Source: Anaerolineales bacterium UBA6092
GTDB lineage: Bacteria; Chloroflexota; Anaerolineae; Anaerolineales; UBA4823
NCBI GenBank assembly: GCA_002428565.1
Contig: DIXA01000046.1
Location: 24,678-88,677, forward strand
Reading direction: 5' to 3'
DNA: 64,000 nt
The position numbers and the translations under genes are program-made. A model generated the notes under the pieces. It saw only the letters and a list, made by a program, of their open reading frames with translations, had not been told where the DNA came from and did no database searches. This document shows positions 8,195 to 17,399 of the stretch, piece by piece. The stretch's first letter is position 1. Each line of letters begins with the position of its first letter.

Positions 8195-11100
8195 ATGAAA
8201 CGCACCCAAAACCAAGTTTGGCGTATCCTCGTTACCCTGGCGCTGGCAGCCGGCCTCATCAGCCCGCTGAGCCAGGCCGCCCAGGCATCGGACTCAACCC
8301 GCACCCTGCTCGACCTCATTGACAACATCGAGCTGGATGGTGTACGAGATGTGGGATATATTCCCCTCGCCAGCGACCCCAGCGGCGACCTGGGCGACCC
8401 CGGCGGCGCACCTGGCACCCAATGGGCCGACCTGACGCAACTCTACGTGGCTGCCGACGCCGCCAATCTGTACGTCTATGCCGACCTGCCCGGCTACACC
8501 CAGGCCGGTTCCACCGGGTCGATCTTGCTGGCCCTGGATGTGGATGGCGATCCCCTGAGCGGCGGCACACAGGATCCCTGGCTCAATGCCATCGCCTTTG
8601 ACTACACAGCGGTTGATGGGGCGATCACACTGAACACTGTACAGCCTGACTATGTGGTGCGCGGCCATATTCCTGGCAATGACCCCGATCCCAACATCGA
8701 CAACGGCTGGACAGAACTCCTGGCCTGGGATGGCAGCGCCTGGCAGGGTTTGGGCACCAACTGGGGCGGCATCATTGCTCCAGGGCAGATAGGCTCAAAT
8801 ATTGCCTACAGTGACACTCACGGCGTCGAGTTTGCCATCCCCCTGGCCGACATTGGCAACCCACAGCCTGCCGAGGTGCACCTGCAGCTCATTACCACCC
8901 AAACCGACATCAATAAAGGCGCATACGATACCATCCCCTCCGACAACCAATCTGCCGGTTGGGACGAGGCCACTACCCAGACCCAGTTGGTCTCGGTGCC
9001 CGTGGCAGTAGATGCCTCTGGCGACCTTGACCCACTCGGCCCTGGCTCGTGGAACGGCACCGCCTGGAGCGACGTTACCCGCCTGCACATCTGGGCTGAC
9101 GATGCATCCCTGCACGTGTACCTCCCCATGCCCGCCTACGACACTTCGGTTTCCGAAGGCTCCTTCCTGGTGGCAATCAATACCACCAGCGGCGGCGGCA
9201 ATACCGGCGACCCCTGGGGCAATGCCATCACTTTTGACTTTGACACCATCTGGCAAAACCTGGGCTATACCCCCCAGGCAACCGATGCTGCGCCCGATTT
9301 CGTGATCCGCGGCAATATCTATGGCCCTGGCGGCAACGGCTGGACCGAACTGCGCACCTGGAACGGCAGTAACTTCAATACCGGCGGCGGCGTGGATTGG
9401 GGCGGCATCGGCAACAGCGGCGAGCCCTCCCTGCCCGGCTCCAAGGTCGCCTGGAGCGATGGCGACGGCCTGCGCTTCACCATCCCCTTCACGGACCTGG
9501 GCCTGGCTGCCGAAGATCAGGTGGACTTGCAGTTCATGGGCACGCAGACCGATAGCGGCAAAGGCGCCTTCGATACTGTACCCACAGATGATCAAACCAC
9601 CGGCGGCTGGAGCGATCCCACCACCCAATCGATCATGGCCTCCTACATCATCCCCATCATCGGGCAGGCCAACGCCGGCCACGATAACGATATCTGGTGG
9701 AGTGCGCTGGGCCACAACAGCCGCGACAGCCAGTACCGCACCCCCGGCGGGGCTGTGCCCACCGACACCGCCGTCACCCTGCGCTTGCGCGCTGCCAAAA
9801 ACGATCTGACCCAGGCGCAAGTACGCCTGTGGAACGACCGCCTTGACGCCCAGACCATCCTGAATATGACCCTGGTGGCTACGGATGTCACCTACGAATA
9901 CTGGGAGGTGACCCTGCCCGCCAGCGCCGACCCCACCGTTTACTGGTACCGCTTCATCGTCATTGACGGCACGGATACAGATTACTACGCCGATGGTGCG
10001 GAGAAACTGGGCGGTTGGGGCGAGGCCTCGGACGAGGAGATCGACAACTCCTGGCAGCTGACCGTCTACGACCCGGCTTTCCAAACCCCCGAATGGATCA
10101 AGAACGCCGTCGTCTACCAGATCTTCCCCGACCGCTTCTATGACGGCAACCCGGCCAATAACACCTCTCCGGGCACCTTCTTCTACGATGAAAGCGGCGG
10201 TACCATCTTCCGCTCGGACCCAGGTTTCGGCACCGATAACCCCTGGAACACGTACATCTGCGACCCGCGCGATAACACCGATTGCCCCGGCACCTACAGC
10301 AAGAACTTCTACGGCGGCGACCTGGCCGGCCTGACTGAAAAGCTGCCTTACCTGGCTGGTCTGGGCATCACCGCCATCTACCTCAACCCCATCTTCGAAT
10401 CGCCATCCAACCACAAGTACGACACCACCGATTACAGCATCATCGACGACAACTTTGGCAGCCTGGCCGATTTCGAAGCCCTGGTGGATGCCGCGGATGC
10501 CCTCGGCATCGTCCTGATCCTGGACGGCGTCTTCAACCACGTTTCGTCAGACAGCATCTACTTCGACCGCTACGGACAATATGCTTCCTCCTTAGGCGCT
10601 TGCGAGAGCAACCTCAGCCCCTACCGCGACTGGTTCTACTTTATCCCTGAGGTAGGCGGCCCCTGCATGGGAGACGATGGCACCCCCAACGCGGCCAGCT
10701 ACGAATCCTGGTGGGGCTACGACAGCCTGCCCAAGATGCAAGCAAACAACCCTGAAGTGCGCGACCTGATCTGGGCCACCGGCGCCACCGCCATTGGCCC
10801 CTACTGGATGGACGGCGGCAGCACCAACAGCCGCGCCATGGGCTGGCGTCTGGATGTGGCGGGCGACGTAGACCCCGGCACCCTCACCGACCCGACCAAC
10901 GATTACTGGGAAGGCTTCCGCGACGCCACGCACGCCGTCAACCCCGAAACCTACATCGTCGGCGAGGAATGGGGCAACTCGGCCTCCTGGACCATCGGCG
11001 GCGAGTGGGACGCCAGCATGAACTACCCCTTTGGCACCGCCATCATGGGCTTCTGGCGTGACACCGACTTCGTGGATAACGATCACAACGACGGCAGCAG

Positions 11101-13483
11101 TGCAGGCGTCATTGCGGCACTGACACCCTCCGAGTTGAACGAGCGCCTGCTCAACCTGCAGGAACGCTACGCCCCTGAGGCCTTCTATGCCATGATGAAC
11201 CTGCTGGGCAGCCACGATACCAACCGCGCCCTGTTCATGCTGGACAGCCGCACCGGCGAGAACGACGACTCGATCTATCTTGACCCCGCCTACGACTGGT
11301 CCGATGCCATCCAGCGCCTGCAGGGCGTAGCCCTGCTGCAGTTTACCCTGCCCGGCGCGCCAACCATCTACTACGGCGATGAAGTTGGCCTAGTAGGCCC
11401 GGTGACGTATGCAGGCGGCAAGTGGGAAGACGATCCCTACAACCGCCAACCCTTCCCCTGGATTGACAACCCCGACCTCCTGGGCATCCCCTACTACGAG
11501 CACCTGCAATCCGAGGCCGGTCAGGATGTTCTGCACGACTGGTATTCCCTACTCATCTCCATCCGCAACGATCACCCCGCCCTGCGCACCGGCACTTTTG
11601 ACCCGCTGCTGACCGACGACGATAACATGGTCTACGCCTATGGGCGCAAGCTGCTCATCGAAAACGATGCTGCCGTGGTGGTGCTGAACCGGGAAGCCGC
11701 TGCCCAAGCAGTCATTCTCGACCTGAACGGCTACTTGCCTGTTGGGGCTGTGCTGATCAATGCCCTGGATGATGCCTCTTACACCATCCAGCCCGATGGC
11801 AGCCTGAACCTCCCGGCTGTGCCGGGTATGTCGGGCATGGTCCTGGTGCTCGATAGCGGCGACCTGACCCCGCCCGATGCGCCCACCAACCTGGTCGCCG
11901 TCGAAAGCGAATCACAGGTAGACCTATCTTGGGATGGGGTGGCTGGCGCTGCCTCGTACAAGGTGTACCGCAGCCAGGTCTCCGGCGGCGGCTATGTATT
12001 CCTGGCGAACGCCCCCACAAATGCCTACACCGACCTGGCCGTGGTCAACGGCACGCAGTATTACTATGTGGTCACCACCATCGGCACCAATGGCCTGGAA
12101 TCGATCTATTCCAACGAGGCGGGCGCCCTGCCGCACTGGGATATCGATTATGCCGTCATCAGCACGCCAGCTGAGATCACCCATACCGTCGGCATCACTC
12201 CCACCGAAGAGATCTTCGGGCGGATATGGATCAACGGCGTAACCACGGAAACCGGCCAGACCCCCGGCCTGCTGGCGCAGATAGGCTTGGGCGCGCTGGG
12301 CAGCGATCCCACCGGCTGGTCGCAGTGGGTGGATGCCCCCTTCTTCCAAGACTTTGGCGTGTACGATGAGTTCGCCGGCGTGCTCACTCCTGAGACGGTT
12401 GATGAATACAACTTTGTCTATCGCTTCTCTACCACCAATGGGCGCGATTGGGTCTATGCCGACCTGTGGGGCATCTACCCGAGCATGCCTATCATGCCCG
12501 GCGTGCTGCACGTGGTTTCCTCGGGCGACACTGTGGCCCCAACCACACCTGCCAACTTGAGGGTGGTCGATTCGGCAGGCACTTTTGTGCAGTTGGCCTG
12601 GGACCCGATCGAAGGCGACCCGACGCTCTACGCTTACGACCTGTTCCGCTCGGATGCAGAAGGCTACACCGGCGAGCTGCTGGCCCGCGTCCTGGCCCCG
12701 GCCTCCGGCTACGTGGATTGGTCTGTAACCACCGGCGTAACCTACTACTACTACGTCCAGGCAGTAGACCGCTCCTTCAACCGCTCGGGCTACTCCAACG
12801 AGGTCAACGCCACGCCCACACATCAACCGGTCACGGTCGTCTTCAACGTCACCGTCCCGGCTGGCACCCCCGGCACGGTCTACATCGCCGGCAACATGGC
12901 CAATCAGTTCGGCGGCTCCTGGAACCCTGGCGGGCAGCCGCTCAGTCCCAGCGGCACGCCCGATGTGTGGACGATCAGCCTGGACTTCATGGAAGGCGAT
13001 GCCCTGGAGTTCAAGTTTGCCCGCGGCACCTGGGATACGGTAGAAAAGAAGGCTGACGGTCTGACGGAGGTTGCCAACCGCAAGCTGAACGTAGTCTACC
13101 TGCCCAGCCGCACCCAGATAGTCAATCTGGTGGTAGCGAACTGGCGCGATCCCTTCGTCACGGGCTTCAGCCCGGCGGCTGGCGCTACCGGCGTCTACAC
13201 CGACACCGTGATCCAGGTCACCTGGAACCAGAGCATGACCATCAGCACCACTTTCAGCGTGATCGGCCCTGCTGGGCCGGTGGCGGGAACCTTCTCTTAC
13301 GATGACCCGTCCTGGACGGTCACCTTCACCCCCGACCAGCCGCTGCGCACCGGCACCACCTACACCGTCATCGTCGAGGGCCAGCGAGATCTGCACAACG
13401 ACTTGCAGTTCGCCCCCATCGAATGGAGCTTCACTACCGAGGGCTACCAGGTGCTCTTGCTGCCGATGATCCAGCGGCATTAG
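8195..13483 (+). CDS. Secreted multidomain GH13 alpha-amylase-family enzyme (neopullulanase/cyclomaltodextrinase-like core)
   Basis: 1762 aa. Signal peptide MKRTQNQVWRILVTLALAAGLISPLSQAAQA. Two tandem unrecognised modules of about 212 aa. An amylase N-terminal (E-set-like) domain. GH13 conserved regions DGVFNHVS, GWRLDVAGDV, YIVGEEWG, LLGSHDTNR. Two FN3-like domains (PPDAPTNLVAVE.., APTTPANLRVVD..). A CBM20-like starch-binding module (VYIAGNMANQFGGSWNP..LEFKFARGTWDTVE). A C-terminal Ig-like domain (FSPAAGATGVYTDTVIQVTWNQSM). Confidence 0.9.
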   Translation: MKRTQNQVWRILVTLALAAGLISPLSQAAQASDSTRTLLDLIDNIELDGVRDVGYIPLASDPSGDLGDPGGAPGTQWADLTQLYVAADAANLYVYADLPGYTQAGSTGSILLALDVDGDPLSGGTQDPWLNAIAFDYTAVDGAITLNTVQPDYVVRGHIPGNDPDPNIDNGWTELLAWDGSAWQGLGTNWGGIIAPGQIGSNIAYSDTHGVEFAIPLADIGNPQPAEVHLQLITTQTDINKGAYDTIPSDNQSAGWDEATTQTQLVSVPVAVDASGDLDPLGPGSWNGTAWSDVTRLHIWADDASLHVYLPMPAYDTSVSEGSFLVAINTTSGGGNTGDPWGNAITFDFDTIWQNLGYTPQATDAAPDFVIRGNIYGPGGNGWTELRTWNGSNFNTGGGVDWGGIGNSGEPSLPGSKVAWSDGDGLRFTIPFTDLGLAAEDQVDLQFMGTQTDSGKGAFDTVPTDDQTTGGWSDPTTQSIMASYIIPIIGQANAGHDNDIWWSALGHNSRDSQYRTPGGAVPTDTAVTLRLRAAKNDLTQAQVRLWNDRLDAQTILNMTLVATDVTYEYWEVTLPASADPTVYWYRFIVIDGTDTDYYADGAEKLGGWGEASDEEIDNSWQLTVYDPAFQTPEWIKNAVVYQIFPDRFYDGNPANNTSPGTFFYDESGGTIFRSDPGFGTDNPWNTYICDPRDNTDCPGTYSKNFYGGDLAGLTEKLPYLAGLGITAIYLNPIFESPSNHKYDTTDYSIIDDNFGSLADFEALVDAADALGIVLILDGVFNHVSSDSIYFDRYGQYASSLGACESNLSPYRDWFYFIPEVGGPCMGDDGTPNAASYESWWGYDSLPKMQANNPEVRDLIWATGATAIGPYWMDGGSTNSRAMGWRLDVAGDVDPGTLTDPTNDYWEGFRDATHAVNPETYIVGEEWGNSASWTIGGEWDASMNYPFGTAIMGFWRDTDFVDNDHNDGSSAGVIAALTPSELNERLLNLQERYAPEAFYAMMNLLGSHDTNRALFMLDSRTGENDDSIYLDPAYDWSDAIQRLQGVALLQFTLPGAPTIYYGDEVGLVGPVTYAGGKWEDDPYNRQPFPWIDNPDLLGIPYYEHLQSEAGQDVLHDWYSLLISIRNDHPALRTGTFDPLLTDDDNMVYAYGRKLLIENDAAVVVLNREAAAQAVILDLNGYLPVGAVLINALDDASYTIQPDGSLNLPAVPGMSGMVLVLDSGDLTPPDAPTNLVAVESESQVDLSWDGVAGAASYKVYRSQVSGGGYVFLANAPTNAYTDLAVVNGTQYYYVVTTIGTNGLESIYSNEAGALPHWDIDYAVISTPAEITHTVGITPTEEIFGRIWINGVTTETGQTPGLLAQIGLGALGSDPTGWSQWVDAPFFQDFGVYDEFAGVLTPETVDEYNFVYRFSTTNGRDWVYADLWGIYPSMPIMPGVLHVVSSGDTVAPTTPANLRVVDSAGTFVQLAWDPIEGDPTLYAYDLFRSDAEGYTGELLARVLAPASGYVDWSVTTGVTYYYYVQAVDRSFNRSGYSNEVNATPTHQPVTVVFNVTVPAGTPGTVYIAGNMANQFGGSWNPGGQPLSPSGTPDVWTISLDFMEGDALEFKFARGTWDTVEKKADGLTEVANRKLNVVYLPSRTQIVNLVVANWRDPFVTGFSPAAGATGVYTDTVIQVTWNQSMTISTTFSVIGPAGPVAGTFSYDDPSWTVTFTPDQPLRTGTTYTVIVEGQRDLHNDLQFAPIEWSFTTEGYQVLLLPMIQRH

Positions 13484-13492
13484 CCCATTCAT

Positions 13493-13543
13493 ATCCAAAC
13501 AAAAAAGTGCGGGCGCTTTGCGCCCGCACTTTTTTGTTTGGAT
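13493..13543. terminator. Long perfect hairpin, candidate bidirectional terminator between convergent genes
   Basis: atccaaacaaaaaagtgcgggcgc / ttt / gcgcccgcacttttttgtttggat: 24-nt perfectly complementary arms with a 3-nt loop. The GC core is flanked by A6 on the left and T6 on the right. It lies between the GH13 stop (13481-13483) and the GT1 stop (13543-13545). Confidence 0.75.
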
Positions 13544-14808
13544 TAGAGCTTTCCTAAGATCTCAACCGCCCGCCTCACGCCATCTTCGGCGCGGATTTTT
13601 GCGCCCAGCGCCACGGCGCGCTGACCCATGCCTGAGTCGTTGACCGCGGTGGTGATGGCCTGGGCCAGTTTTTCGGCCGTCAGCCGGTTAGAGGAAATGG
13701 GCGGCAGGCCCACGCCCAGGTCTGCGACGCGCCAGCCCCAAAAGTTCTGGTCCAGCGAGATGAAGGGCACGCAAAGGGTGGGCTTGCCGGCCCGCAGACC
13801 CGCTGCGGTGGTGCCCGCACCGCCGTGATGCACCACTGCCGCCACCTGAGGGAAAAGCCAGGAGTGCGGCACCGAGTCGATCATATAAACAGAGTCGGGC
13901 AGGTCTGCCCCGCTCATTCCGCCCCAACCAGAAAGCAAGATGCCGCGCTGCCCTGAGATGCGCAGCGCCTCCAGCACCCGGCGGGTGGCGGCCTGAGGAT
14001 CGCCGTGGCTCATGCTGCCAAAGCCCACGTACACCGGCGGCGGCCCGGTGCGCAGGAATTCCACCAGCGCGGCTGGCGGCTGCCAGTCGGGCGGCGGGTC
14101 GAGGAACCAGTAACCGGTGACGTGCAGATGGGCCGCCCAATCCGCCGGGCGGGGGACGACGTGCTCGCTGAACGCGTTCAGCACCGGCCAGGTGCGTTTC
14201 TCAAAGTAGGCCATGGGGCCATCTGGGCGGGGCGCTGGAGGCAGCCCCAACACGCTGCGCCGCGCCAGATCCACCGAGGCGCGCTGCATGGGCCAGGCCA
14301 TCCAGCGCCAGCCCAGCACGTGCGAGGGGCGGTTGAGCCGTCCCCCCAGCCAGTTGCGCAGCATGGGGAAGGAGACCGCCGGGAGGGCACGCGTGGGCAT
14401 GAACGGCACCATCCAGGCCTGCACGAACGGCAGCCCCAGCTTTTCGGCTACCGGCTGCCCTGCCACCAACCCGCCAAAGCCGCCCACCACCACATCGGCA
14501 TCCTGGCAGGCATCCAGGCAGTCGCGCATCCACTGTTCATTCAACACCACCAGCTTTTTCTTCATCAAGGAGAACTGGGCCAGGAGGTTATTTTTGGCCA
14601 GGGCGTCGCCCACCGCCTCGTCGCGCATCAGCGCTTCCATGTCGCCGTGCAAGGTGGCAAACGCCAGACCGCAGCCCGCCACCAGGGAGGCAAAGTTTTC
14701 GTGGGTAGCCACCCGCACAGCATGGCCTGCCTCGTGCAGCCCTTTGCCCAGGGCTACGTACGGGCGCACGTCGCCCTGGGCGCCGGGAGCAATAATCGTG
14801 ATATTCAT
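13543..14808 (-). CDS. GT1-family UDP-glycosyltransferase (MGT / sterol-glucosyltransferase-like)
   Basis: 421 aa. N terminus MNITIIAPGAQGDVRPYVALGKGL. C-terminal nucleotide-sugar signature VVHHGGAGTTAAGLRAGKPTLCVPFISLDQNFWG. Confidence 0.85.
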   Translation of the reverse strand: MNITIIAPGAQGDVRPYVALGKGLHEAGHAVRVATHENFASLVAGCGLAFATLHGDMEALMRDEAVGDALAKNNLLAQFSLMKKKLVVLNEQWMRDCLDACQDADVVVGGFGGLVAGQPVAEKLGLPFVQAWMVPFMPTRALPAVSFPMLRNWLGGRLNRPSHVLGWRWMAWPMQRASVDLARRSVLGLPPAPRPDGPMAYFEKRTWPVLNAFSEHVVPRPADWAAHLHVTGYWFLDPPPDWQPPAALVEFLRTGPPPVYVGFGSMSHGDPQAATRRVLEALRISGQRGILLSGWGGMSGADLPDSVYMIDSVPHSWLFPQVAAVVHHGGAGTTAAGLRAGKPTLCVPFISLDQNFWGWRVADLGVGLPPISSNRLTAEKLAQAITTAVNDSGMGQRAVALGAKIRAEDGVRRAVEILGKL

Positions 14809-14889
14809 AACCCTTCTCCTTTCGCATACTGCGAAAAAGAACCTTGTCGGGTGCAGTCATTATACGATATTAAGGTAGAATCATCACCT

Positions 14890-16086
14890 ATGCTAGCCTC
14901 GCTGAAACGGTACCCGCGCCAATTCCGCCTGATGTTCTTTGGCATGCTCATCTCCACCGTCGGCTCGAGCATGATCTGGCCCTTCTTGATGATCTACGTC
15001 AAGGAGCGCCTGGACCTGCCCCTGTCTACCGTCACCGGCCTGACCAGCATCAACGCCGCTACCGGCCTGCTGGCAGCCTTCCTGGCTGGGCCCATCACCG
15101 ACCGCTTTGGGCGCAAGTGGGTCATGGTTTTCAGTCTGTTTGCCAACGGTCTGGTGTATGTTTTTCAAAGCCAGGCCGACTCGTTATCAGCTTTTGCTGT
15201 GCTGATGGCCATCAGCGGCATCTTCAACCCGCTCTACCGCGTGGCCTCCGACGCCATGCTGGCTGACCTAATCCCCGCGGATCAACGCCCCGAGGCCTAC
15301 GCCCTGCTACGCATGAGCAACAACACCGGCATTGCCGTCGGGCCGGCCCTGGGCGGATTCATTGCCACCATCTCGTATACGGTTGCCTTCTATATCGCCG
15401 CCGCCGGGCTGATCGCTTATGGCCTGCTGATGTTCACTTTTGCAGTGGAAACGCTGCCCCAGCGCTCCTCGACGTCACCGAGCGGCGCACAAATGCTCAA
15501 GGGTTATCTGCACATCCTCAAAGACAGCCACTTTACCTTCTTCGCCCTCTCCTTCGTGCTGACGCAGATGTGCGCCACCCTGATGTGGGTGCTGCTGCCG
15601 GTCTTTGCTAAGACCGAGTATAAGATACCCGAAAACGTATACGGCTGGATCCCTACCACCAACGCCCTGATGGTGGTGTTCCTGCAGATGTATGTCACCA
15701 CATTCACCCGCAAGCACAAACCGCTGCCCATGATGGCCCTGGGCACGCTCTTCTACGCCATCGGCGTGGGCAGCATCGCCCTGGGCCGGGGCTTTGGGGG
15801 CTTCTGGGTTAGCATGGTGGTGATGACCATTGGCGAACTGATCGCCATGCCCACCGCTTCCACCTACGTGGCAGCCCTGGCCCCGGCAGACATGCGCGGC
15901 CGCTACATGAGCGTCTTCAGCCTCACCTGGAACGTTGCTTACGGTTTCGCCCCGCGGTTAGGTGGCAATCTGTACGATTATGTCGGCCCGCAGGCCCCCT
16001 GGATTGCCGGCCTGTTCATCGGCCTGATCTCGGTGCTGGCATATCTGATACTCTCCCGAAAATGGAGTAAAATCATAGCATCCTAA
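14890..16086 (+). CDS. MFS transporter
   Basis: In-frame ATG at 14890 within track ORF 14005-16086. From here the product is a typical 12-helix MFS (MLASLKRYPRQFRLMFFGMLIS.., motif A-like GPITDRFGRKWVM). The upstream 295 codons are antisense to the GT1 gene and read as low-complexity Arg/His/Gln sequence. Confidence 0.85.
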   Translation: MLASLKRYPRQFRLMFFGMLISTVGSSMIWPFLMIYVKERLDLPLSTVTGLTSINAATGLLAAFLAGPITDRFGRKWVMVFSLFANGLVYVFQSQADSLSAFAVLMAISGIFNPLYRVASDAMLADLIPADQRPEAYALLRMSNNTGIAVGPALGGFIATISYTVAFYIAAAGLIAYGLLMFTFAVETLPQRSSTSPSGAQMLKGYLHILKDSHFTFFALSFVLTQMCATLMWVLLPVFAKTEYKIPENVYGWIPTTNALMVVFLQMYVTTFTRKHKPLPMMALGTLFYAIGVGSIALGRGFGGFWVSMVVMTIGELIAMPTASTYVAALAPADMRGRYMSVFSLTWNVAYGFAPRLGGNLYDYVGPQAPWIAGLFIGLISVLAYLILSRKWSKIIAS

Positions 16087-16121
16087 AAGAACAGTAACCC
16101 AAACCAATTGGAGGATCCCCT

Positions 16122-16754
16122 ATGCCGAAATCTTACATCGATAGCATGCTCGGTCAACAAGAAAAGATTGTGACCATCTCGCGCCAGCACTGGTTCATTT
16201 TGGCCAGCGCCATCGCCCTGGAGATTATCCTGATCATTGCCATCTTCGCCACCACCATCTTCATGGCTATCGTCCTGCCACCGCCCAGCCAGATCATTGT
16301 TGGCCTGTTAGGCTTTGTGCTGCTGCTCATCCCCATCGCCACCATGACGCACGATATCATGAAATGGTCCAACCGCCAGTTCATCATCACCAACCGGCGG
16401 GTGATGCAGATCTCCGGCATTTTCAACAAGAACGTCTCTGACTCGTCCCTGGAAAAGGTCAACGATGTCAAGCTGGTGCAAAGCGCTCTGGGCCGTATAT
16501 TCGACTACGGCGATGTCGAGATCCTCACCGCCAGCGAGCTGGGCGTCAATCTATTCACCCGCATCCAGAACCCGGTTGGCTTCAAAACTGCCATGATCAA
16601 CGCCAAGGAAAAACTGGATCACGGCGAGGTGCCGCCCGAGACGACTATGGATATCCCCGCGCTGATCACCAAACTGGCCGCGCTGCGCGACCAGGGCCTG
16701 CTCACCGCGGAAGAGTTTGAGGCCAAGAAAACCGATCTCTTGTCCAAGATGTAG
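16122..16754 (+). CDS. Membrane protein with bacterial PH (YdbS/YdbT-like) domain and C-terminal SHOCT domain
   Basis: SD ggagga upstream. Two TM helices, then NRQFIITNRRVMQISGIFNKNVSDSSLEKVNDV..GDVEI (bPH_2-like). The C terminus LITKLAALRDQGLLTAEEFEAKKTDLL matches the SHOCT pattern. Confidence 0.75.
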   Translation: MPKSYIDSMLGQQEKIVTISRQHWFILASAIALEIILIIAIFATTIFMAIVLPPPSQIIVGLLGFVLLLIPIATMTHDIMKWSNRQFIITNRRVMQISGIFNKNVSDSSLEKVNDVKLVQSALGRIFDYGDVEILTASELGVNLFTRIQNPVGFKTAMINAKEKLDHGEVPPETTMDIPALITKLAALRDQGLLTAEEFEAKKTDLLSKM

Positions 16755-16761
16755 GCAATCT

Positions 16762-17337
16762 TTGACCCGCAGCACACAAGAAGAAGCCCAACACTGGAAC
16801 GCTCGTTACTCCCAGGAAGCGCGCTCGTCGTTTGAAGAGCCGCGCCCCTTCCTGTTGGAAAATGCCCATCACCTGCCCGTCCGCGGCCTGGCACTGGATG
16901 CTGCCATGGGGCTGGGTGGCAACGCCGGTTTCCTGCTGCAGCGCGGCCTGCACGTTGTCGGCGTGGATCTGTCCTCGTTGGGTGTACGCGTTGCCAAGGC
17001 GCGCCTGCCTGCCCTGATGGCCGTAGAGGCCGACCTACGCCATTTTCACATCCCCGCGGACACCTTCGATGTGATCATCAACTTCTTCTACCTGGAGCGC
17101 AGCCTTTTCCCGATCTTTGCGCGTGCGCTGCGCCCGGGCGGCATCCTCATCTTCGAAACCATGACAGTGGAAATGCGCTCCCTGCGCCCGGATATCGAGC
17201 CCTTGTTTTTACTGGAGCCGGGCGAGCTGCGCCAGGCCTTCCCCAGCCTGGAAATTCTCTCCTATCGAGAAGGCTGGCAGAACCGCAGCGGGCCGCACCC
17301 GCGCGCCGTGGCCAGTCTGGCCGCCATCCGTCTGTGA
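16762..17337 (+). CDS. Class I SAM-dependent methyltransferase
   Basis: SAM motif I ALDAAMGLGGNAGFL; VGVDLS; post-I and motif III regions (FDVIINFFYL, LRPGGILIFET). The start is uncertain. The track uses TTG 16717, which overlaps the upstream gene by 38 nt. TTG 16762 lies just after the upstream stop. No in-frame ATG precedes motif I. Confidence 0.72.
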   Translation: MTRSTQEEAQHWNARYSQEARSSFEEPRPFLLENAHHLPVRGLALDAAMGLGGNAGFLLQRGLHVVGVDLSSLGVRVAKARLPALMAVEADLRHFHIPADTFDVIINFFYLERSLFPIFARALRPGGILIFETMTVEMRSLRPDIEPLFLLEPGELRQAFPSLEILSYREGWQNRSGPHPRAVASLAAIRL

Positions 17338-17341
17338 TTAT

Positions 17342-17397
17342 TCTGAATTGGAAGGCTCGCAGCGGGCATATGCCCGCTGCGAGCCTTCCAATTCAGA
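17342..17397. terminator. 56-bp perfect palindrome filling the gap between two convergent stop codons
   Basis: tctgaattggaaggctcgcagcgggcat | atgcccgctgcgagccttccaattcaga: 28-nt arms with no mismatch, centred on catatg. It sits between TGA 17335-17337 and TAA (minus strand) 17400-17402. No flanking T-tract. Confidence 0.65.
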
Positions 17398-17399
17398 GA

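Noticed and set aside
8795-13498. Two long minus-strand ORFs (8795-10540, 581 aa; 11924-13498, 524 aa) inside the GH13 gene
   Set aside because: Antisense shadows of a gene with all four GH13 signature regions plus FN3 and CBM20 domains. The translations are low-complexity and motif-free.
14005-14889. N-terminal 295-codon extension of the MFS gene (track ORF 14005-16086)
   Set aside because: The extension is antisense to the well-supported GT1 gene and reads as Arg/His/Gln/Pro-rich sequence. A proper MFS N terminus begins at ATG 14890, in the intergenic region.
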